A DNA stretch of 64,000 nucleotides from Raillietiella orientalis (lineage: Eukaryota). The stretch covers positions 2,542,001-2,606,000 of the forward strand of contig JAYWIR010000026.1 of assembly GCA_036172245.1 (NCBI GenBank), in the 5' to 3' direction. Of this stretch, positions 37,157-49,100 are shown piece by piece. Both the position numbers and the translations under genes were made by a program. Positions within the stretch are counted from its first letter, which is position 1; each line of letters begins with the position of its first letter. A model generated the notes under the pieces. The model was given only the letters and a program-made list of their open reading frames with translations, was not told the DNA's origin and searched no databases.

Positions 37157-38547
37157 GCGAAGTCTTCCAGGGTCGAGCCGACCAGGATGTAGCTGACCAG
37201 GGAACCGCCGACTTCGTGCGAGGCGACCAAAACTCTGCGGGCTTTATCGTGCCTGGTCAGACCATTTTCCAAGATCGCTTCATCGTCCAGACACTGATTG
37301 GAGGCTGCACTCTGAACGCCAATGTCGGAGGAAGATTCGACACCGTTGTTTTCTCCACTCCCAACTTTCCGAACAACTTTCCAGCGAACACAGCTTGCAC
37401 TTTGGGTCTTCTGGTAAGCAGCGAAGTTGCTGGTGGGGACGATCCACAACTTCCATCTAGCCAAACAACATCCTGACATCACCGGAGAACGTCTTCGGGA
37501 GGTTTGACAACCGTTTCGCTCTGGGAGCAGCTGGCATTCTCACTTTTGAGGACATCTTGCGCAGGAGACAGTAAGATCCGTGTGTACTCATTCCGCGCAG
37601 CTACAGACACACTGGATCGTGCTGGACCTTTCTCGCTGCGAACACACGCACCTCAACCGATTGCCAAGGCCACTCACCGGTGCAATTCCCTTTCAGAGTC
37701 CGGTTTCAAGAAGATTTGCCGACTTTCCCCTACGTTGAGCTGTTCCTACCCACGGTGATCACCTTCCAGGCGGTTGCGCCCGCTATTGGCTTCAATCTCA
37801 GCTTGTGCATGGTGCCCAACGCGTTCCAGGTTACGTCCAGACGCCTAAGGCAGACGACCCTGATCTCGCGTGCCCTTGTGCAGGATCTGGCGGTTCCACA
37901 GCAAATGCTTTCCTTCGTCGTACGGGTACGTGGTGAGCGCATTCGCTGACCGGAAATGAGGTCACCTCGCCGGGTGTCCCTCGGCTGGAGATCCGCGCGC
38001 CCGCAGGAGCGGAGCTTAATACTCGCTTCCTCCACCGGCGCGGAGATTTCCAGATGAGCTGAGGGACAGCCCACAGGGGTTTCGCGCTTCCTGGGCTTCG
38101 AGCGACGAGTTGTCGCGTTGGCAATTCTGCCGGCGGGAACCTCGTTGGTCCGGACGTGCGTTGCTGCGCGCCTGCGTGCTGAAACTCGCTCTCCGAGTTC
38201 GCATTGCCCGGGGACGGCGGGGTGGCAATGTCGCGACGGAGTTCCTTCTTCGGACTTAAAGGATGGTGTGAGGGTTCAATCAATTCTCCTTGCAGCCGGG
38301 ATCAGCTTGCCGATTTGTCACCGTCACGCTGCTCAACGTGAACATTCTTGCCAACGAGAAGGTATCGATAGGCAGAAATGGGCAGAATCTTCCGCCCACT
38401 AACATCCAGACGTTGAATGGTCCAAGCACCACCAGCATCAAAGTGGTTTCTAACCGAAATAAAGCAGTAGTCTTGTTCTACTATACGGATAACAACGCGC
38501 AAGGAATACAAGGAAGTTTCAACGTCGAGTATTTCTGCAGTGCCTGA
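37157..38547 (+). CDS. CUB-like domain protein, copy B; exons 37157-37413, 37461-37570, 37697-37919, 38296-38547
   Basis: Same first three exon lengths (257/110/223) and phases as copy A. Open frame. AATAAA at 38571-38576. Confidence 0.75.
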
Positions 38548-38829
38548 TGATCCTATTAAAGATAAAACTGAATAAACACTTTAACCATTTTGATCTAAGG
38601 TTATAGTGGGGTCAATCCTTCAGCATACTGTGCTTCCAAACACAGCACCTGCGCGTGCTGTGAACAGATTGATTCATCTTTATAACACTGCAGGTGCTTT
38701 GGAGAAGAGGCACTTTCGGTGGGGCGGATTCTAGAGTGTCTCTCTTGAATTGCTTGTGTTCCCTCATTATTGCGTGGACGATTCGCCTATCTTCCTCTCC
38801 TAAAAGGAAGCCGTAGTACTCATGATGCA

Positions 38830-39350
38830 CTGGTGATTCCCGTGTAAGCAGCGAAGGCGTGGAGGATCTGGAGGGATTGGATCTACCAACTGTACGAGGT
38901 TACGATGGACAGAGTCCATTGTGCACCTGCTCTTCAGATGAGGTGTCCTGGAGGAACTGTGGCGGGGGCTGACTGCTGCATTTTTAAACCACACGTGCAG
39001 CGCCTGGGATATGCTAAGGAGGTTCTTTGCCCCGAGTGATCTCTCGACGGGAGCTCTTATTGCAGCATGCGCGCCATCCTTGGGGCTGGACTGGTGTTAG
39101 AAACCACCACCCATCAAATGAAGTTACCGATATCAGAGCGTTTCAAAGGGGATTTGACAGGAAGAGGAAGGGAAGAGGATGACCGACATGCATAGCCTGT
39201 TGATGGAAGACTTGGAACAACGTTCCAATGGACATTGGCCCTACTTTCCTTTTCTTCATTTTTATTCCTCATATTCCCCAACCTTATTTCGCTCCGTAAC
39301 TTTCATGGTGCTTTTGGTTTTCATCCCGGTGCATACGGAGGAAAACCAAA
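38830..39350 (+). mobile_element. L1-like ORF2 C-terminus/3' UTR remnant (duplicated at ~51590-52120)
   Basis: TESIVHLLFR*GVLEELWRGLTAAFL...DMLRRFFAPSDLST aligns with TESFPHLVLDCGALQELWRRLAAALL...EVLRRFYQPRGLST (58725-59360). Confidence 0.8.
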
Positions 39351-39449
39351 GAACTTGGTCTCATTCCACGCGGTTGGTTTGTCTTTGTTTTCCCCGTTCC
39401 AAACTTTCTCTTGTAATGTCCTGCGTTCCGGTGGACCCTTCAATCTATT

Positions 39450-41260
39450 TCTCGTAGTTCTCGGTCAGAAACTGTGTTCCCAGCTGTTTTTTTCCCCTGA
39501 AATAATCGTCCCGGCGTGTAAAACTTCTTCACTGTGGGAGACAACAACTCGCGAACAATTTTCCCACAAGGAGAACAGGTGGAGAGATTCCATTGGAATT
39601 TAATACTCTATGGAGCATGAGTATGATGAATGCCCCAATGGCGCTGTTTACTTTCAACTGAAAGGGAGATGAAGGCATCCAAGTTCGGGTTCGCTTGGTG
39701 CAGGGACCAAGAACATCTTTCTTGTCGACTGGAGTTGGAATTGTCGTAGCTGTTGTAAATGAGACGAGCGACTGACACCCGCAGGGTCGCGCAAAACGAC
39801 GGCAGAGCACCTATGGAGAGAGGAGACACGCAGCATATTGGGCTTCTTTTCTACTGCCTGATGTTCCCCTACATGGACTTATTCGTCTGCGGTGTCGCGG
39901 TGCCGATCCTCGGGAGCAGTCGGCACAGTTTGCGGAAATAGCCAAACCTGAGACAAGTGGAGTGGTTTGAAGATTGGTACCACAGGCCCCAATTCTTCAC
40001 CGGTTTACGAAACATTTCCTAAATATTCGTGAAATACTAAAGAAGGCGCCATGGAATGAGGGTTCTCTGCCTCCTCATCCGTGCGAGGCGGGCAGTAACG
40101 AAAAAGAGATTTATGCTGGTAAGCAGTGGATAGTGGTGAAAGGCGCGGTCGAGTCATCGTCGCGTGATCGCTGTGAGGCAGCAAGGAGCTTCCCGAAATG
40201 TGTGATTCGTGCTTCTCCACATAGCACGCTGCTGTCTCTGTTCCCTTGGCTCCGTAAATGAACTGCGAGGGCTCAGAAGATCGGCTTCCGAAGTCCGCGT
40301 TGCTTGTCATTCGGGTAGCCAACGGAAGGAGGTGCAATGGAACGCTGAGGACATGGAGGGAGCGACATAGGGGTGAGACACTCATAATGACGCGTTCGTA
40401 AGGAATTGGGGGAGGTGGTGCTCGAAGCTAATACGTAAGCAATGTTGGCGCTGTAGTCCGCGCAATAGGGAGATGTTCGCTTTCGAGGGAAAAGAGCAGC
40501 GCTCCTGGATGGTGTGTCGTCGAGCATGCCAGAGAGCTTCCGGCACTCTTGGCCTCCTCGCAAGCAAAGGCAGTCGGACTGATTCCCCTCCGTCTGTTCG
40601 CAGCCGTGCATGGGAGAATCCTCTGCCGCCAAGGGATCTGGACCGGTGGGGCGGGTGAATCTCAGCTAGTAATGCGGATCTCTGGACGTTCCACTCTCTG
40701 TGGGTGTGTCCCGCGTGTCCAATGCTCCACTCCATTCTTCACGGAATCGCTGCACATCATGAGAGGATAGCAACTTAGTTTGCTGCTTTTACGCTAAGAT
40801 GACGTCGATGAGACGGACCCGAGCTAAGAGGCGTTACCCACGATAACCAAAAACAACAAGGAGGAAAGTATTTCCAAGACGGCAAAGTTTTCGAGGAACA
40901 GAAGACTCTATCCCTGGAGAGCATTAGAAGGAGTGCTAAACAGAAATTCGAGCGGCGGTCTCCTAAGATATAATCACAATTCCTTATTGAGAACTCCGCA
41001 GAAGGTAGCCATCCATTAAAAGACTTCGATGCCCTTCCAGATGAGGTCGGTGAAGGCGTCAAAGGTCGTGAAAGGGGGCACGTGGTAGCTTTCAGTGACA
41101 TCCAAGTACAGCTAGAGTGCCTTTCGCCTTAGAAGCAGTTAATTGTCGGACTGCAGGCAACGGTAACAACTCGTGGAGGCAATAAAATGTTCCAAAAGAC
41201 TTCGCTTGGCAAATGATCCGTCCACTTGCGGTTTGTTGATAATCTCAAATGCTCCGCCTC
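39450..41260 (-). pseudogene. Second F-box/LRR-like pseudogene (duplicated at ~52230-54035)
   Basis: KWTDHLPSEVFWNILL F-box-like motif at ~41178-41227. Downstream LQQLRQFQL and MESLHLFSLWENC LRR-like fragments with stops and frameshifts. Confidence 0.4.
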
Positions 41261-44200
41261 CCGCTGCAATGCCAAGGGCCATCTCAAGAGGACGTGGTGG
41301 AGCACAGTGCCTATGTGGTGGTCGTTAGGACGCACACATTGAGTGCGCCTCCAAGGGAACCCCACACCGTTATGCTGTTGAAGCAAGCAGAGAGAAAAAG
41401 ATATCATCTTGGAATATCTACCAAGCTGTGAGGGAACACCGAACCATGCACGCATTCCTGCTCAAGGAGCATTGGAGCTTCCGAACACCCGGTCAAGCAC
41501 AAAGAACACCCCTGAAAACGTTGCAGTTGAGCTCACTTGCGCCAAGTGCTGAGCGCCTATTTGGCGGTAACCCAAAAGTGTGCGCCAAAGATTCCTTTTC
41601 ACTTACACCGTGGTGCATGACCTGGTCAACCGATCGTGCATTCACTCTGTCTGTATATAGATCCATTCAAGCAAGAAGTAGAAGATCCGGGAAATGTTTC
41701 TTTCCTGAGAAAGGAACACTCAGGAAGAAATAGGAGAACTGCGGACCATGCGATGAAAAAGAGAAGACGGCATTTGCTGGGACTTTGAAAATAGAAAGGG
41801 ATATCATCAGAGTTGGGAGTGGTTCGATGTTGCCAACAGCTATTCATCGAAGGTTCCTGCTTGCACCTCGATATATTCCATCCTGTGGAAGCAGCATTCG
41901 CGAAGGAGTGAGCTGCCACCTGAATCTTGGCGTCCCTACTTGAAAGGAAATTCTCACTGTCGGGATGCTTCACAATTCGCTCAGAGAGTATCAAATTTTC
42001 AGTTCCATGCCGCGGAAACTCCCCTGAAAATTTCCGTATGGCTGTCTCTATTCGCACCCTCTGCCCACCTACAGGAGGCTGCTCAAACGTTGCCCCGCAG
42101 CATCGAGGGAGACGTTCATCCATGTGGGAGAAACATACAGTCAGTTAGCCGAAATGCGTTTCCTCTTGCATTTGCGGAACACCTCCGAATGCATTTCGCA
42201 AAGGTCCTTCCGATAATTCCGTGCCTCTTCTTACCCTTCTTCGGGTTCTTTTTCGTACAGCTAACACGCAATTTGCAAGTGTTCAATTTTGAGAAGCAGT
42301 CGACTTCTTTCATTTACTAACGAGCAATTTCGATTTGTACGGCGATACGATCCTCCAAGGAGATCCAACTTCCTTTTTTAATGCTTGCCGTGGTGGATTG
42401 AAAAGGATACATTCCTTGAAACGATTATTTCTTGGGGTTTTCGTTTCCGTGTTCGAAGCTGAGCGTAGCCAAAGGCATCCAACTCAAAAGTCCCACCGCC
42501 AACTGCCGGCGTTCCATGGCAACGAGGAAGCTCACTCGGTGGGGCAGGCGGAGTGCCCAAAGTTTAGATGACGGGCAGCGCATGTCCTCGTGTAACGGAG
42601 ATGCTATTCCCTACCTTCGGCATCCCACTAAGAGACCTACGCTTGCCGTGCTTACTCAGAGGCAACACGCCATCGTTTGCAGAGGACGGCGTCAGCAGCA
42701 TAGCTGAACGACAAGAGAAAGAGTGTTTCCATGGAAGTGCCCACGCAAAAGGGAAAGAGATGCAGACACTGCTTTGTGTTTCTGCAGGGGTCATTTTCTG
42801 TCTGTTTTGCCTTCTCCAGATCCCCCGTTCTTTGCCTTCTCCCTCCTTCATCCCTAACTTCTGTTTCAACAGGAATTCCTCTTCTGCTTCTCTGCTTCTT
42901 CAGGACTTTTCTTGATTTCTCCTTTTTTGAACTTCTGCCTTCTCTTTCGCTCCCTTTCTCACGCTCACCCATGTCCTGTCCTCGTCACGCGTTTCGTTTT
43001 CAACCACATTGAAAATCTCCGGCGCTTCTTGAACCTCTGCCCTTCCGACTGTCCCACAGGATTCCCCCTGGCAGCTTTTCCTGTTGCTCATCTTCCTAGC
43101 TGTGCACTAATAATCTTTCTCCCTAAAATCCCTTCTTCCTCTCAATCATCGCGTAGCGTTATGTATTCCGCTCTTCGTTCCAATCGAATTCCTCCATTCA
43201 ATCATTTCGAGCAGCTGCTGAACCAATGATTTCTTGCTCTTTGATGCCCACAATCGTTTTATTCTTGCAACTCCTATTCCGCATGCAGTTTTCGTACCCT
43301 GCTTATTTGTTTTTTGCGTTCCTTATTGATGTCGAATTTCTGATTTTCTACCGTTTCTCCTTCCGAAATCCCAACCCAAATGTACGAAATGCCTCTTCAC
43401 CAATTCCAGCTGCTTTTGTCTTCGAAGCTACAAAAGTACGGTCGCATTCTGTTGTTATTTCGATTCTTCGAAGTTTGCTCCCTTCCTTCCGCTTCCTTTC
43501 CACAATTTCAGTTCGCCCTTCATTCGTTTGCGATCTTCAGCAATTCCATCCTGTTCTCTAATAGAACACCTTCGTTGCCCCGCTTCTTCCTTTCCGGCAT
43601 TTCCTATTTTTCCACATTCCTCACACGAAACATCCCTTTGTCCGCAACCTGCCCTCATCTCCCCTGTGAGCTCCTTTCCTTCCTTTTGCTCACCTACTGG
43701 CAATCGGTCTCATCCTCCTCCTCTCTTTCTTCAAAATCTTTTTGCCTTTACCACTTTTCTAACCTTTTTTTCCTTTTCTATCCCTTCTCCCTTTACGCCA
43801 GAACGATTCACTAATTTGGATTGACGCTTTCGGGATGACACTGGGATGTATTTGGATCTCGAACCAGAAATACATGGCTGCATCTTCTGGGCTTGCCACT
43901 GAGAATTAAAAGTCTACGAGCCGTTCGATGAGCGTCTGCCAAGGGTTTTCTGCTGATTTTTTGGTTGCTTTCTGCCCAATTAAGAAACAACAGGGTCCTT
44001 CCTGGTTTCGTTTTATTCCTCCTGGAGTGGCCACTCATCCTCCCAGATGGCAGGGCTTTCTCTCTCTGGATATGCGCTGCCACTCCTGGGATTCCTGGAC
44101 CTGAAAATTGCCCGTTCACAGCATGAAAAACACTGAGCGTACGCACACTACCACAACAGGTGGATCGAAGTTGTTCTGGGGAACCCGGGACTCCCCTGGG

Positions 44201-44899
44201 AACGTGCGGGGCGGATCCATGGTTCCCTCCGATAGCCCGAGGAGCGGCCCCTCTTTGTGTGCGAGGGCCGCATCCGAGAAGTGCCACCACGAGCGCGCCA
44301 TCTGCCTGGAAATGTCCAAAAAGTCGCAGTACAGGGCGAGAGACCCGCCGTTCCCTTGGTAATTGCACCTACATCCTTCCCAATCCGCCACGGGGCTGCC
44401 GCTGCGCACAGGCTGCATTCCAGCCAGGTCTCTTCAGATGGCATCCGGAAGAAGTAATGGTAATAAGCCTAAGCTCCGCAAAATGAAAGTTTCGCGGAGC
44501 AAATGCCTTCAACTTCCTGGTCCGTTTTCTGCTTTTTGTTTGTTTTGTGGAATGAAGCGTATCGTATTAAACGGTCTCGGCCGTCTTGGGCATTGTGTGC
44601 AGAGGTGCAATGGGGAGTTGGACGCTGCCCATTCTCGTTGCGGCGTCTCGGCCGAGCCGAGTCCACCTGGACACAAAGAAGAGCCGTCGACCTCTGAAGT
44701 CGCCTCACGCGAAGCCTCGGAGGGTGCCTTCCCCTTTATGCCCAACTAATTTGATCGTTTCCTTTCTTCCGCTTCTTTTCCCCCTTCCACCTTTCACATT
44801 TCCTTCTTAGAACGAACATCGCTCCTACTTTGTCCATTCTTCCAGCTTGATTTCCAAAGCGCTCATCCTCTCCCCCTTCTCACCCCAAATTGTGCTTAA

Positions 44900-46100
44900 C
44901 ACGTGACACTTTACGGAGCAGCTACATCCGGTGGTTTGCTCTTTTTGTTTTCTTCATGGTTTGCACAATTACTACAGAACGGTCGTTGGTTCCTTTCCGT
45001 TCTACAAAGTCTTCAGACATGAGGATTTGCTCCAGAACCTTATTAGTGTCCAGGAAGAAACAGGAGGTGCAGGAAGAATTGCTTGAGAATTGACGTTGCT
45101 CTGCAGCTGTTATTGTGTCCTCCATGTTTCGTTCTGAAGACCATGGAACTGAAAGTCCAGGCATGGGGAAGCTTCTCAGGTATCAGATGGGTGGGGGAAC
45201 GCAAAGACTTCGGAATACGTCAGTATCCATGCGATTAGATTGTTCTTGGTCGAGGATTCCTCTTAGGTTCATGGAAGTGTCATCGAGGGAGGCATATCGC
45301 TTCGCGGGCTGCTGTCAGTTCAGGAGTGTGTCCGACACGTGGCTGTTTGCAACTGAATAGTGTAAGTGTGAGGAGACAAAGATCTGTGTCGCGTGTTTTG
45401 GTTTACAATGGAGTTTTCGCTAGAAGGCAACTCCGGAAGTTGCAGCGTTTTCTGCCTCGAATGAGTTCAGGTGGAGAGAAAGTAGATTTCCTCCTCAGTT
45501 TGCGCATCCATGCATTCATGACATCGGATTGCAGTGACATGAGGCTGACGTTTGGCTGTCGTTCCTTGAAGGGCTCTTTATTCTGATTAGCAATCCCAGA
45601 AGATTCAGTCACATCTTTCTGGTTGAAGAACGAGACATGCAAATCCAGATACATAGCAGTACCTATCCGAAGGCGTGAAGCACTTGAATGGAAACGTTCG
45701 AAGAATGTGCACAGGAGAAGATAGGAGTTCCTCGATGACAGGGACCGCAAGGCATGCTGTAGGTGGCAGAAGACGTAACTGAAAAATCGCATTCTTTCGA
45801 TGGCCGCCGAGAAGGCATTGCTGGTATGCAGCCTGCCGAGGAGAGCGACAGATGCCCGAAACGACAGAAGTCTAGGCGACAACAGCTGGTATGAGGAAGG
45901 AGTTCGACCACGGAAACCAAGAATTTCATCGGAAGCTCCAGCAGGTTCTCTGACTGCCGAAGCATTTGACAGGACGTCGATCTTTGGCTGGTGCACGCGT
46001 TTTAAAAGTTTGCCTCCATCTCTCGCCACGAGCGCGCCGCATCCGAGTGAAGCGAAATACTGCAAGGAAGGCCACGCGCCCCCACGGTCTTCAGCATTTT
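44900..46100 (-). pseudogene. F-box (LRR-like) pseudogene, unit C, longest remnant
   Basis: NLLELPMKFLVSVVELLP at ~45896-45947, then a frameshift, then a long frame AAIERMRFF...MYLDL...PNVSLMSLQS continuing past stops to ~44920. Confidence 0.55.
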
Positions 46101-49100
46101 ATGGAGATGCTAAACTGTCAGTTGGGTCCATTTGCGGAGCCCCCTTTGCAACACGACCGCCGCGGTGGACTTCATTAACGACCCGCTTCTCCTGCTGCTT
46201 GTGATGACCGTTGCACCGTCACTGTAGACGTTCCACGGTTGATGTCCCTCAGAATAAAAGAGCTCGCAGACAAAAGCAAATCCAAGCGCTGCCATCGGCA
46301 ATCCCCGTCAACTCTGTGGTCAGCGCAGGTTTTTCGGCAGAAAGTGCCGGCGCGGCTTCCCTACCAGAATTTTGTCGTGTGGAACGGAAAAACTGCAGGC
46401 AGAGAAAACTGCAGTGTTTCTTCCATGAAAGGCATTGCATCCCTCTGAATCGACGAGATGAAGGTGGGTCGCCACTCATCAGGGAATATTGCCACGGACG
46501 CGTTCCGTGCACAGGCGGAGCCTTTGACTTCGCTCAAGGTTTCCTTTCGCGCCGTGCCTGTACGCCACAGGCGGTTTTCCTGTGAAAAGAGACGTTGATC
46601 AGGACGCCGAGCAGCAATCTGTCCAGGAAGCCGGCGCACTCCTGGAGCTCCAGAAGAATGTCCTTCTCGACCCAATGCGTGGCTTGATGAGGGCTGAATG
46701 ATGACCTGAAGGACCGGCGCTCGCCCTAGACATCCACCACGCGATTAAAGAAACGCCAATATTCCGTCTCTCGAGTTCAACACCTGAGTGCGCCTGGAAC
46801 CACAAGCAGCCGAAGAAAAGTTGCTCCTCCGCACTGCAAAGAGTACAGCAAAGGCACGCACCGGATTGAGGATGATTGGTGCCATCATTCGGGGTCGTTC
46901 ATCTCACAGTTTCCCTAGGTTCTAGGAATGAGGGTTTGACACGGTGATCAAACGCGTGCTGTCCACATTTCCGTGGGTGTCCTTCGTTAGGGAAGAGACG
47001 CACTTTAGCAGATAGGAAAGAGAAGAGCGCGTCTCGTGTTTTAAGGATCATAGAAGTGCTGGTCAGTAAAGAAATGTAAGGTCTGCCACGAAGTGTTGGT
47101 GAAATTCCGCTTGCGGTGCTTCAGGAATCCTTGAATTCCCCACAGGGAAGACGTTGTGGACGATGCAGGGCTGCAATATGATTTTCCGATCAGGGTAACC
47201 ACCAAGGATGCCAACCAAAAACAGGGCTTTCCGACTTGCAGAGCTTGCAGGGCGTGCGTCGAACCGTTCCCAATATGGCTGCCTCCATGCGTCCACCGGA
47301 AAAAGCCCAGAAAGGAACGGAGAGCGCGCGCGCGCAGGATGGGCGCGAGAAGGGAACGCAAATCGCTCTTCCGTGCTGATGCTGGCCGTGCAGATCTGCT
47401 TCTTCCCTGCATTGCTGGTTGGCATGGGCGCTTCATCACATCAGCAGTCTTCACGGAAGGGCGAAAAAAGAGGAGCAGTGAGGGCCGTCTTTTCCGCGGA
47501 GCCGGTCTTCTGCAGGAATGCACAGAGGTGATTTCGAGAGCTCGTGGAGACGCGCAAACCCTTGCAGAACGGAGGGATTCCGGCGGTGAGGTCTGAGGCA
47601 CTCGAAGAATGTATATCATCCACCCTCATCCAGTGAACACAGAGCAATGACGGTGCATCCTCGTCCTGGTGGACGGGACGTTGGCCACCTTGAGAACGCT
47701 TGGCGGATACCACGCCGCCACAGAAAGGCTTGTGAAGAGGCTCACCCCTCGAAGCCGGTGCTGGTGTTCAGGAACACCAAGGGGTGGTCGGCGTAAGAAA
47801 CGCAGGCGGTTGCATGGCGAAGAGAGGCCGGAACGGGAAACGAACGCTTTCGGCGTGACGTTTGGAAACATCGAACTTCCTCGCAACGCATGCCTTGAGA
47901 TGACTTCAGCAGCCATTTCTAAAAAAGATGGGTACGTACGAGTGGGAAGAATGAGGGTCGTCAGAGCCACACGAATGCAAACACGCAAAGCAGACAGGTG
48001 ATCTTCTGCAGTAAGTGTGCACATCCCGAAGAGGCGGGACATCTTTGATTGCTACGTCAGCCGAAGACGCTACCAGGCGAAATCATCCACCAAAAGCACG
48101 GATTGCGAAGGCGTGTCGACTCATAACGGCCGTCCCACACGCTATCCACGTTTCGAGAAAATTCATAAATCTCGCTAACGTTTTCAGCTCTGAAGAGGAA
48201 GTCAGTTGTCCTCTGTGCATTCCAAGGAAGTTGGTGCTGTGTGGATAGGCGGCGACATGGTGCTCTCGGTGGAGCGGTGGATTCTCGGAATGCTTCCACT
48301 CTTGTATTTGGTATCTGAGATTTCAATGATTTTGATGATTCGCACTCAAAATTCTCGATGCCGCTCCTGGGATTTACCGAGTGCGCTTTCGATTAAGTTG
48401 GCGGTGACGGCTGCCCGGGTGGGCTCTCCCATGAATTGGCGCGAAAAGGACGTGGTTCACTGTTTTGCAGCATCGGTTTCACTCCAGCTGTGCGATTGCA
48501 GATTGGAGCCTCTGATTGAGATCTACTGCAGCTGGCCCGATTTCTATTTTCTGTCGTGACTCGAACAGAAGCAAGGAAAACACAGAATAACGGAGAATCT
48601 CCTTCGCTAGAGCCCCATGCTGAGGTTTTTTTCTTCCGTAATGGGTGCAGCGAAAAGAAGTGGCTGCCACATCGCGTTCTCACGGAGCTGCAGCCGCCTT
48701 ACCATGACATCACGTGGACCGAATCGTGCGAGACTCTATCTCAGTCGACCTGCGAGGCGTGGTTGCGTTTGAGTGCGTCGTGGGGGCACACGAGACACGC
48801 CGCTTCGTTGCTCCCATAAGACCGGCGATTCTGGTGACCCGATGACCCAAACCAGAGCAGCAAAGGGATTCCTGCATCCATTTGCTAAGGACATCTGGAA
48901 AAGATTGTCCGTATTTGCACGTTTGACCGCTATTTGCGCTGCTGCACACTTCGCCTAATGCCAGGCGATCCACCTAGAGAAGGGCAGGGCTTCCTCCTTT
49001 CCGAGTAACGTCCACGCAACCCTTCCTCGATTCGTTAGAAACCCAAAGGATAGTCGGCATGGTTTGAGTGTTTGCCTTGTTCGCACCGTGCGGAGAGCCA

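Larger units (their letters stand above)
33001..45745 (+). repeat. Tandem segmental duplication unit B (full ~12.75 kb)
   Basis: Identical ORF translations recur at +12762 (33449/46211), +12772 (39179/51951) and +12775 (40473/53248). Confidence 0.97.

Noticed and set aside
38544..38570. CTGATGA after the CUB gene as a hammerhead core
   Set aside because: It is the stop codon region. There is no stem II plus GAAA, and the motif is not kept in copies A and C.
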